A stretch of 64,000 bases of DNA, from assembly GCA_002633005.1 (NCBI GenBank), contig NMRA01000017.1:1214737-1278736 (forward strand), written 5' to 3'. The position numbers and the translations under genes are program-made. Shown piece by piece: positions 27,801-39,800 of this stretch. Below the pieces are notes generated by a model. It made no database searches. It saw only the letters and a list, made by a program, of their open reading frames with translations, and was not told the origin of the DNA. Position 1 is the first letter of the stretch. Each line of letters opens with the position of its first letter. Source of the stretch: Phoronis australis (Eukaryota > Animalia > Phoronida).

Positions 27801-30800
27801 TTTTAATGTGCCAGTTGGACCAATTAAGTTAAGCAGTGCGTCATTGAAAACTTAATTCTATGTGTCAATGATGCGGGGGCGCGGCCCTGTTAAAATATCC
27901 GTGGACCAACATTTGAGTCCGAATTTTTTTCAGTTGACACCAAAACGCTTTTGTCTCTATCACAATCACAGTACGACAGGAATTCTGTAGTGCAGTGTAC
28001 TTTAGTGTAGGCTACCAGTCTTCTGTGAACCTAGTGAGTATGAGGTTTGTTCCTGAGTCTCTCAGTCATTGATTTCTGTTCAGGTGCAAGCGCTGGGAGC
28101 TGACCTCATGAATATAGATGCAACCTATTTGTCCAAGAACCGCAAGTTATATGCTCTCATCACTTCGAGGAGTCCATGTTCATGAATGAAGAACAAGCTG
28201 GTATTGACTGCAGTGCCCGAACAATATTTGATGTCCCGAATCCACCAAAAATGAAGATGTCATGGTCAAAAAGTTCTTCGGAAATTATATTACAACTCTG
28301 GAATAGGCTTTTTTGCATTTCTGATTATCGTCTCACAAAGCAAGTACTGGAACATCACGTGTAGAAAGGACAATTAGTCCGCAAAATCTGATTTTCGTAT
28401 TTTACTAAGGTTGATCAGATTGAAACATTTTATGAATGGTTAGCCTGTGATTTGGAGAGAGCCAAAGTGAAACTGTCTGATGGATCATTCAGAGTCTGAG
28501 TGGTGGGCTGAAATTTTGTTAAACCCAAGCTATCCGTATCATTTTGCTTCTCGATGACAAACACCTCTGTGAGTAAATTAGTTTTCAGCTTTATTTATAA
28601 CGCATTTCTTATGCGAAAAGTGCTGTTGTTTGCTAGTGAATTAATAGAGAGTGACAAGGTTGGTCAGATTTTCTTGTTGTATTGGTTGGTGTATGTGTTG
28701 CCTGTTTTGTACGTTTTTGGAGATTGTGATTAATTTAAGGCTAGGTATCAGATATGATCTTGTGGTTTGGCTTTAACTTACCTGAAATATTTACTAATAG
28801 GAACAGTGGGTATATAAAATAAAATTTTGGTTTTATCATCCAAGTCTTTTTAATTCAATTTTGTATGAAGTTATGTGGGTGGTGAATATTTTGATTGCTG
28901 TTTAGTATCTCTTAATTCTTTGTCATGATATTTTGAACTTTGAATAGTTATGAGTAATGATATACTCAATGTTACTTCATTTTGTAAGTTGTAAGCTATT
29001 CTACAGATTAGCAAGTAACTTGTAACTGTTGGTGAGTGGGAGAGTGGGATTGAGCCCTATACTGGCATGTCTAAGAAATAATGGAATGTTCTAAAATTGT
29101 ATTACGATTTTGTGGTATTGATGAATTGCCTTGCTTTCTTCTTCTCACTTGTGTAACACCCACTGCACAAAACAATTGTCTGCATTGCCAGTAGCCTCAT
29201 GCATTGAATAGGGAACACATGCGAAATTGTTGGGTGGAGATGAAACCAGCAGTGAGCTGGGAGCAACTTGTTTGTCAATGGTCAGGGGAGCAACCAAAAT
29301 GTGTGACGATGGGAGGGGCTCAACACCCATGTGGCATACATACCCATTGGTTTTTACCTGTTTAGCACTCCTACCATGTAACCCCCCTGGGAGGGGGTCA
29401 ACACCTATTTGGCGCCCACCTGCCAGTTTTTGCCTGGTACCCCCTTAGCTGGCACCTGGGGGGAATTCCCCTCTGAACCCCCAGGAGCAATCATTCAAAT
29501 TATGTAGTCCATGGTGGTATGAACTGTTATGGAACGATAATTACCGTGTTAAGAACTCAAACATGAAACAAAACCATGTTGAATTTTGAAGGGAGCTTCA
29601 AGAGAATAAAAACGAATACACTTTAATATTGATTAAAATACACATTTTCTTTCTCATTCTATTGTAAGTGGATGTTAGTTTATGTACCATTTTCAATCAC
29701 ACAGTAATTTTATTGCACGCTGAATGTCATTAAAGTATGAATTTATGAGCGTTTACATTGTTCGGACTGCGCGCCAAACTAAGTGTTGATTATTCACTGC
29801 TTGGAGCGCTAGTGTTTCGACCAGCAACCATTGCGGCGAATGGTAAAATGGCGGAGTGAACTCTCCTATACTCGTACACTCCTTGGTTCTAGTATCAGGT
29901 TCTATGGAAAATCCAGTTGGTGATGTGGCATTTTTAGTCGTCACTTTTTCAAAAAAAATCAACCTGAGATGAGCAAAAATGTGTGATTTTTTACTCGTCA
30001 CTTGGCAAACCTTGCTTACCCTTGTTTACATGGCCCTGCGTGGTTTTTCAAAAAATAAAACACCGCACCTTGACCTAATGAAAACTTGACACAATAACAT
30101 AGGTAGTGGTATCGAGCAGTTAACAACTGTTTTAAGCACTTGTGCCCAAATGAAACCAGACGCAAAATAAAATTATCAAATAATTTGAAAAATGGCTGGA
30201 AATTTGTGCTTCTGAATTTTGAAGAAGAAATGTTGTCATCTGTTTTTGAAACTACTGTACCTTACCATAACATGACCTGTGTCATTATCATGACCAGCAC
30301 AGTCATAACTTACCATAAGTCATATGACCTGTGTAGTCAGACCTTATTAATATTGCCAGCAGAGTCATAATTTACCAAAATCATATGACCTCTTTAGTCA
30401 GAGCTCATTATCATAACCAGCACAGTCCCAATTTATCACAAACACATGACCTTTGTAGTCAGACCTCATTATTTTACCCAGCATAGTCATAACTTACCTT
30501 CCTCCTGCACAGCCTGCGTCCTACGTAGGTTAGTTTCATACTCCTCTATCAGCTCATCTCTCTGTCTATCCAACAGCTTGTTATCAGTGACAAGTGTGGT
30601 TAGAGTCTCACTCTGCTGCTGTCTCTTGGACACCACCAGTTTTGTAGTCTGTTCCTTCTCAGCTTCAAGTTTTTCTGCCAGGTGGCGACGTCTGGCTAGC
30701 CTTTCCTCAAGAGCCTATGAAATCGTAAGTGACTGCCTTTTAGAAAAATTTGTCATAAATGTTGGACCACATTTAAAAGTAATTGCAAAATAGATTGCAC

Positions 30801-33800
30801 GTACCTAATATCCAGGCATGTGGTTGTATATGCCCCAATTTACACTGACAGGGCGCATAAGATTTTAATACAATCATTGGAACACATAATATAGAGACTG
30901 AGGACTCCACCCACGTGACCACTAGAGTTAAAAGATGTCATGCGACTTACCAGAGCTTGCCTCCTCGCCTCTTCATTCAGATGTCTTTCACACTTCTCCA
31001 TATCTTGTGTTAGTTTGGCCATCATGGCATCCAGTTGATCATCGGACAACCCCGCCTTCTTTATGTCACGCTGCATAGTCTCTTTCTCGTTGTTGAGCAT
31101 GGAATGCTGGAAAAACAAAATGAATGCGTAAACAAAAACACTTAAAAATTTAACTACTGCATTCATTTGACAGAATTAGTAAATTCTTCCTAAAAGAATT
31201 TCAAATATTTCTAAATAGCAATGATCTTAAAAATGTCCCAGAACATAATCTGGTTGGTCAGGGCTGAGTCAATAAAAAGCAGAGTTCAATGAATTTGAAG
31301 TGTTTGAACTAGATTATGATAAACATGTCTCACCATCTTAGCAACAGTCCGAGACTGCAGATTTTCTTTCTCCTTCTCCAGTTTGGATGGGTTTTTCTTT
31401 AGGTCATCACGTTTCAACAATTCCTGGAAATAAAAAAAAATTAAAGATAACTTTACCTTACCTTTAGGTTTAGTATAAGTAGCTCAATACACTCAAGACT
31501 GCTATTTACGACTAGACCCTTAAATGCCTGCACCATTTATCCTTAAATTTTTTTCAGCGCAATATGACTACTATATTCAGAGCTCGACCTCTGTTCTTCC
31601 AAACACTGGGATCTAATGGGCCCACCTTCCAAAATTCTGGAAGACCATTTCAATTCCATATCTTCCATAAAACTGGAAGACAAAGAGCATCAGGTGGTAC
31701 TTTCAACATTGAAATTACCCGATAACGCACAAATTATTTTCTTTTGTATGTTTTATTTAATAATCCTTACAATACATAAAAACTGCATTCATGGTGATGC
31801 ACCCATAAACTCGACAAGCATCTTCTTAGTTTAGTTACATATTCAAATAATGCAAAAATGCAGCCTCCGGAAATTTTGATATTTAATACAGTTCAAATTA
31901 ATGCACTATATTTATTGTATCGAACAGTGATTTCCCTATTGTTAAGATAACAATTTCCACTAGAATTGTCAGTTTGTAAAATTAACTGAGGTCTCTGCTT
32001 TCAATGACAACATTTGTTGGAAACATACCAAACACCTTAGACTTACCTCTTCAGCTTGTTTCTGCTCTTGCTGACAGAGGGCTCTAATGTTCTTCAGTTG
32101 TTTCTCAAAGCGATCAATGAAATCACTGGCAAACTCGTGGGTAATTACTTCTTTCTCAACTTGCTTCTCAATCAGTTTACGAGTCAGGAAGATGAGCAAC
32201 TGTTAACAAAGGGTGCAATAAATTGAATGTCAATAGATTTGGAGAAATTCAAAAAATCTCACATCATCAGGACAAGGAACAGCAAGGTTAAATGATGAGA
32301 TCTTAATTTTGTTCAAGTTAGCACCCCATAATTTGCATTGTATTTCACCAAGTATTCACAACCGTTTCCATTTAATGGCCATATTATGAAAACAATTAGA
32401 AAATATTAAGTGAACACTTCACCGATCTACTATTCAAAATAAAAAATTAAGGTTAATTTCAATATTTTTCACATAGTAAAGACAACATCACTCTGCTTGA
32501 GTGGTAGCCATCATTCTTATAGCACCACTGTTGTGATCACCATGACTACTGTCACCATCAGCACCATCACCCTAGTCACTTAACACAGCAGTCGTCATTT
32601 CCATCGTCACGACCACCATTGACATCACTACAAACATCACCACAGATACAACCCTCATCGTCAACACCACCAACACCATCAACACCAACAACATTGTCAT
32701 CACAACTCACCGTAATCTTTTCATCCCACAGCTCTGCTTCCAGTCGCACAATCTCCATGAGGTCCTGACTAGTTAACTCAAATACCACTCCATCACTGAA
32801 AAAAAAATTCAGATTCTCTGCATACCTGTGTTGTGCAAGCAACTCACAGGGGTGCACTGCACGATGGCTCTCATTATGTCCAACTACTGATCTGCACCAT
32901 GAGTGGATTGTGACCTTATGTAAACTGCTGTTGTAATTGTTGGCCTTGGCTCAACAGTGCACGTAAATACATTTGAATCTATGAAAACATGCAGTACAAC
33001 AATAGGCCAAGAATATGAACAATGATTTTTCTAATATCATAAAGCAAAAACATGTTCATCTACAGTCTTCATCCAACCTCACCTAGTGGTCTGCACAAGA
33101 GCATCTAGGAAAGACGTGTGTGGATGTTCTGACTTTTCAAGGTCATCCAGGGCAGTCTCTTCTTCCGCGTCTTCCTTTGCAGTCTTCTGCTTCTTCATGT
33201 TCGCTCGTTTCTTCTTCTTCCCGTCTTCTTCCTCATCAATAATGTACTGAAATAATCATGGAACTTATCAGGTATACTCACTAAGAGGATATGATTCTCA
33301 TATAAGAAGGATTTTGTGGAAGGTGCAGATGGGTATTTTGTCACCTCAGATATTGCCTTGGTTAGACAACTCATTTAACAGGTGTTAAACTAGGTGGGGA
33401 TTGAATTGTTCTGGTATTTCTTTCTCAGGTATTATTTTGGTAGGTATTAAATTTTTGTCAGGAACCATCTCAGGAGCATGCAGTTGTGTTTTCCAGTATT
33501 GTTTTGGGCCGGCCTGATACCGTAATTTTGCACAAAAAATTCCAAAAGTTGTCACTTTCTTTTTTTCAAAAGCTGATTACTTTAATGCAAACGATGGATT
33601 TTTTCCAAAATTAGTTTTATGACATCTGCACAGTACAATCTATGCTTAGAAATAGTCTAAAATTTTCTTAATCTTTATTTTGTGAAGAAATTTGATAAAA
33701 CAGAAATTCCCTTGTCAGCCATATTGTGCGCTAATTAAGTCAAGAAATACCATATACTGAAAAAATGTTTTTATCTCGTAACCACTTTCAAAATTGTGAC

Positions 33801-36800
33801 TCATAATTCCAGGACTAGAAGACGACCTTTGGTCTCTGTGCTTAGTACAGGGGGCTGATGATAATTTGTATTGAATCGGATATTTTTCCTCATTTAATAT
33901 CACCTCCTGCATGTGGATTATTTCTCAATCAATTTTGGGTGGATTTTGATATTTGACTTCCCGGAAACAGAAACAGTCACACTTTTCAACTTCTTTCAGA
34001 CAAATGGGCAATTTGTGAATACTACAAGTTTTATGTTAGTTTACACAAATTCACAAGCTAAAACTCTGCACGTGCAGATTTGAGTTACAGTACATGCACA
34101 CTAACTCCAAGTATTACTTAAAGTTGACCAAACAAAGAGGACTACCCCTATTTCAGTTCTATACATTGGCATCTCATTCCATTTATTTTCAGTAAATGAT
34201 GTCAATCACAAACTTATTTCACTGCCTTAAAACACAAGCCAAACATTGAACATCAAATTACAAGTAAGGTGATAATGCAGATTACCTCATCATATTGTGC
34301 AAATTGTTCTCGAAGTTTAACGACATGGACAGTGGGGTAAGCAAAATGCCACATTTTAAGGGAGTTCAACGAAGTTTTAATTTATTATAAAATTCTTCTA
34401 AATTGTAGTCTCTGTCAAGTAAAAATCCACAAAAAAGTGGGGGTCACTGAATAAATGTTTCCGTTACGTACACTACCTAAACAAAACCTCTGGCAAAAAA
34501 GCGAAATATACATGGGTTACTGAAAAACTTAATCTAACTTATTAAATTAACGATTGAAATCCTTTTCAAAACGAATACTTTTGTTGTATAATGACACTTT
34601 TACCTTTACAAGTCTTTAATTATATTTTTTCTCCATTTACTGGTTTTCTTTTGTTGGCATAAGTAAAATTTTTTTCTTACTTTGGAATTTCAGCATTTTG
34701 GCTTTTAACAAAATTTTTATATGATACCCTAATATGAAATATGAAAAAAAGACTTTTGGAGTATTTTAGTTCATATAAGAACGTGCAATTTGATCTTTTC
34801 AACAACATGCTATTTTCAAGGTCACGATTACCTGCCACAATTCACTAGAAGGTGATTATGCAGTTGGGAATACGAAACATGTTAACAAGTTGATGTGAAT
34901 GAGCTACGAGGGAAAACTTCTCCAATAAATTAAAATTTTACTGTTTTCTTTGAATTAAGACGTAAAATGTCTGTACTTGTGTTCATGCCTATTTTAATGT
35001 TAGCATGACATTAATGTGAAATTTGATGTCACATAATATTAAATAACGCTACAATAACAATAATTCAAAACAAAATCAACATTTTTCAAATTAAGCAATC
35101 ATCAAGTAACAATCAAATGTTTTATGAAACAGTCATTTAAACCACTACAAACCCCTCAACCATTTTGAAACCCTTAATGAAGAGTTGTATATAAAGTACT
35201 GATTTGATTAAGACATGCATATTGCATCATATTAACCAAAGTTCAGTTCTTGGTATTTAACATAACATAAGTTTATTCATATGTCATGACAATTTATAAT
35301 ATTTCTCAAGTTTGTGTTTTATAAGATGCTTGTTAACAGTCAAATATATGTCATTTGTGTTTCACTTTGCCAACATAAGGTAAAAATTGAATGAAGCCAC
35401 CGTGATGTTACCTTTCAGTTTCAATTGCTTTACAAAGGTTCTACAACTATTTAACTATCTGGTGACTAATACCCTGTAAGTGTATATAATACAATAAAAC
35501 TAATAAAACATATTGCAAGAACATGGCACTTAAATAATTATTTCACAATCATGAAATGCATGGTTGAACACACTGCTGATGAGTGTATTCATCCCTTTGT
35601 GCTTTGGCCATCTCTCACATGACCTAATGTTTACCAACACACAGCAATGATCACCATGGCTACCCATTTGCACAGACAAGCCTTGAGGAGGGCCTAATAG
35701 CTGTGTGTACACAAAGGCATTCCCTATTAATCATTTTAAACAGCTATGCAAACAATTGAAGGCCTGAACCAGCATTAAGTGGGTATTGCACATTCAAGCT
35801 GTACTATTTATATTGTTTGGTGTCTTAGTGATTATGCACTGCATAACATGAACCAAACTAAGTTTATTTCCTTCAGTGTATGTTTAAGGTATTGTTGTAG
35901 GCAATACTTCAGTTAATGAAATCAATTGAATGATGAAGAATCAATAAGGGAATTGTAAGACTTGAACAGGCACTGGTCAGAAAACACCTAAATCAGTAAA
36001 TGCAAAGTTATCATAAATGAATGAACAACTGATGAAGTGTTGAACTGCCAGTGTAGGTATGTCTCCTTGTGTTTATTGGTCTGACAGTGTGTTTATACAC
36101 AGATTTACAGTGTGTTTATACACACATTTACAAATCAAAACTCAGCCAATGTTGAGTTACAACACCCACTATTACAGAAACTCCATTAAGTATTTCACAC
36201 AAAATTACCGGTGATTGCCAGAATTGTTATTTTTCTATCATTTTTCAAAAGCTGATTACCTTACTTCATGTTATGGAAACTTTACTGAATGTTGCTGTGT
36301 GTTGTAACATCTAGCCTGTTCAATCCAAGCAAATAATTGACTACAATTTTCTTAATTTCCATTTTTATTAAAAAGTTTCAAGAAAAATTCACTTGTCGGC
36401 CATATTATGCACTGAATAGTTGAATACGGTAAAGTCGCGTGATTTTCGGACACTGAAAATTAATTCCAATAGAANCCTTGTACGAATTTCGTGGACTATG
36501 AAAAACTCATTTGGGAAATATTTAATCTTGGTCGAAAATGGCGGGCCGTCCGAAAATCACGCGACTTTACCGTAAGTACTGTCAACCCAATACTAGACCT
36601 TAAGTATTTACTAAGCACACAGGACTGCTGTTTCCAGAATTAGGTACAGTAATTTTTCATCGACTTAGCACACAATATGATGCACCAGAGAAATTTTCTT
36701 TTGTCAAAAATTTACACAAAAACAACAAATGAATTTTTTGTCTATTATTAGCTTGGTTTGTACAATGTAGATGTCATAAAATGCCATTTGGTAAGTTGCT

Positions 36801-39800
36801 GTTATTTGGATCAAAGTAATTAGGGTTCGAAGAATGGGAAATTATAATTTTGACAATTATTCTTGTCTGACATAAATGCATAATTACCTTACATTTATGT
36901 TTCACAAGTTATTTTTCCACAAAACAGCAAACCTATACTGTACATGCACACATTCAGGGCCACGTGCTTACATCAGAAATAATGCAATTTTAAAAAGTTT
37001 ATTCAGGTACTTCACCTATAGCCACATAAGCCTAAGATACACTTTTAAAAACACATACAAGCAGCTCATAAGCAGTACATATGCATTGTCTGAACACTTC
37101 TGACGTGTACTGTATTAGTCCAGACTTCCCAAATTGCCCATGATGAGAGGGAACCATGCACTTGTTTGAACTCCACTTAAAAATGTAACACACCGGCCTT
37201 CTCTCAAAAATAATGTTTGACTTAAGTGTCAACTTGTTCCTGCATCAAATAAGAGGTGATTTATGAGCTACTGTAACTTATTATAATTCAAACAAAGGAC
37301 AGGAACAGATTCTCTTCCTCTGTGGGGAAAGCTGTTTTTGACACCAGTATGTGTTTTTTAGCTGTACAAATAGACCCAAAGCCTAGGAAGTAAATGATGA
37401 GATTACTATGGTGACAGTATTACTAATTTGTATCGTTATTATTAAGTAATACACTATTTCTTATAAACCAGTGACAGCACTTGAAAGCATACAATAAAAA
37501 ATCATAATGAAAGCGCTCTGAAGAGCAACACGTGGTGAAAGAAATTAAAAATTTAAAGGTGAGATCGAGGACAAAACCAAGAACATAAACAATCATGACC
37601 ACTACCCTTATTGCAGTAACGTATTAGATGGCCCTTAAGGAGATTTATTTAATACGTGCCAAATTTGAAAAAGTTCAGTCAAAGGATCGCAGAGCTGGAT
37701 CTCCTCAAACATGATTAAAAAATGGCCATCACAATGCCACTTTGCATCCGATTTCACCCAAGAACAACAGTCCACGACCTAGTGACTAGGTAAACACTGT
37801 ACGTAAATTTCAAGTCAATCAGACAAAAACTGGAATCTAGCACAAATATGATGGCTAGTAAAGTGCAACTATAATTAACGAGTCAACGAAAGAACAGTCA
37901 TCTGAGCAGTATATCTCGAATATCGCAAGTCAGTAAGTCGTAGCAAGTAATGGCTTTCACATACTGATCCGCTTAAAAAGATCAACCCACATACCAAATT
38001 TCAGACAGATCTATCAAGGGAGGCAGAAGAAACGGCACAAAAACTTATTTATTTGGAGACCAGTCCTCGAATAATTTCGAATAATATGAGCACGGCGATA
38101 ACTAGAGAAAAACAAATGAAACACTTGCGACAGCCTCGGAATGATCTATCCACAAAAAGAAAAATTAGAAAAATACGACCAGTAACGATGGAGCTATGGC
38201 TCCGCAAATAAAAAAAGGGAAAAATAGCCGCCACAGCGCCATCTTGTATCGGATTTCAACAAAAATAATAGGCTTCGAGCCATTCACAAGACACGATGTT
38301 TGTAAATTTCACGTTGATCCAATAAGAATTGCGATCTGTAGCGTGTGAACAAAAAACAAACAAAAATAAAAAACTTAAAAATTTTATGACTATGCAACAT
38401 ATTTCACCAAGTAAAAAGTTCCCTTCAGATCAGTATTTGACAGTAGCTTAATTGCAGTTTTAAGACATTGGTTTGCTGTTCATCAAGCTTAAATAGCTCT
38501 AGAGCAGACTTATTGATTGTGACTGAGTTTGAATCAAGGCACAATGTAATCTAAAAATGCAATTACACCATAAGACAATAAAACATCAATTAACTAACGA
38601 TTAAGTCAGACACCTTTATTCAACCAATTATCGTGGCTGGACAATAGTACCATTTCCCTGTACTGATGATTCCAGAAATACTATTATGTCCATCTTGGCC
38701 TAGTTGAAAATCTGAGCAACTGGAAACCATAATCTGTGAAACAGTTGTAAAACACCATCGTATGTGTAGAAACTCTTCTTTTGCACAAAATCAACAGCTA
38801 AAATTGGCATTTTTTACTTTTTGAAAACTAACGATCATCTCTCAAAGCTAAAAGTATATGTATTGTTGAGAATTTTGAAAAAATACATGTTTTTCTTTTT
38901 AACCATAGATCTTGCATTTCTATGTTATAACCGCCACACAATGTGTTTTGAAAGTGAAAGTTATGTTTTGTAAATGTTTGAGTAGCAAATATCAATAAAT
39001 CAATAAGTAGGTCAGAAAAATTGCTGCAACTGGTCAACACATTTAACAAAGAGCTTGTAGGAAAAAGAGTTGAACTGGCCCATTGATATTTGAAAGTACA
39101 CATCCAGAGTTCAGACCATCTCTAATATGATTGTTACAAGTTAACTTCAAAAAGTAAAGCTACTGTCATAAAATTCAGTGAAAGAACAACTTTTCACAGA
39201 TGCTTCCTGAAAAAAATTACTTTACATGTTGCCAAGTCTCTAATGGGATATCCTTATTTCTTACCTGTGCGTGTCTGTCAAAAATAGTAGAGTATCTCTC
39301 CTCCCCCCTCCCGGGTGCACCTTCACTCATCAATCACAGTTGTAGGTGACTGACCCCTGGTGTGGTGAGAAGCACTCACTATTCAGGTGACCGTATCAAG
39401 ACACACCACAGGGATGAAAGACAGGTACAGTACAAGCCAGACAAAATCATCTCCAATTCCCAGTTATGATGGCTGGGCAAAAGCCAAATTCGTCTTCAGA
39501 GTAACCATCCCTCATGATCAAGAACATAGTGGATTTAACTAGGAAGTTAGTAAGGTGACTAAGTCATTCTGTAATTAAAATTTTGCCATCCTAAAAGTTA
39601 TTACCAGTCATTTTTGCTGTCATGACAGGAAAATGATATTTTGTCTTTTGCATGGACAGATATAAACAAGTGGTTTAGTTGTTACTGCTCTATTTTGTAG
39701 CTAAAATCTAGAAAGTAGTGCCAGACATGTTTTTCAGTACTTTAGCCAAACAAATCCTAATACTTTTTAAAAATGAATCAGATGTTCTTGTACATGATAC

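Larger units (their letters stand above)
27177..29885 (+). mobile_element. P-element-superfamily DNA transposon relic (31-bp TIRs, 7-bp TSD, THAP remnant)
   Basis: Left TIR caaggagtgtagtagtataggagagttcact (27177-27207) matches the reverse complement of 29855-29885 at 29/31 positions. The TSD gttctag is at 27170-27176 and 29886-29892. A THAP pseudogene lies inside. Confidence 0.85.

Noticed and set aside
34834-34846. 13-nt micro-exon candidate on the minus strand (ttctag|TGAATTGTGGCAG|gtaatc)
   Set aside because: It starts with an in-frame TGA if used first and breaks the frame when combined with the other candidates. It also lies in probable transposon-derived sequence.
34360-35173. Possible TTAA-flanked Kolobok/piggyBac-type element
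   Set aside because: TTAA-GGG...CCC-TTAA ends are present, but the inverted match beyond a few bases is too weak to fix boundaries.
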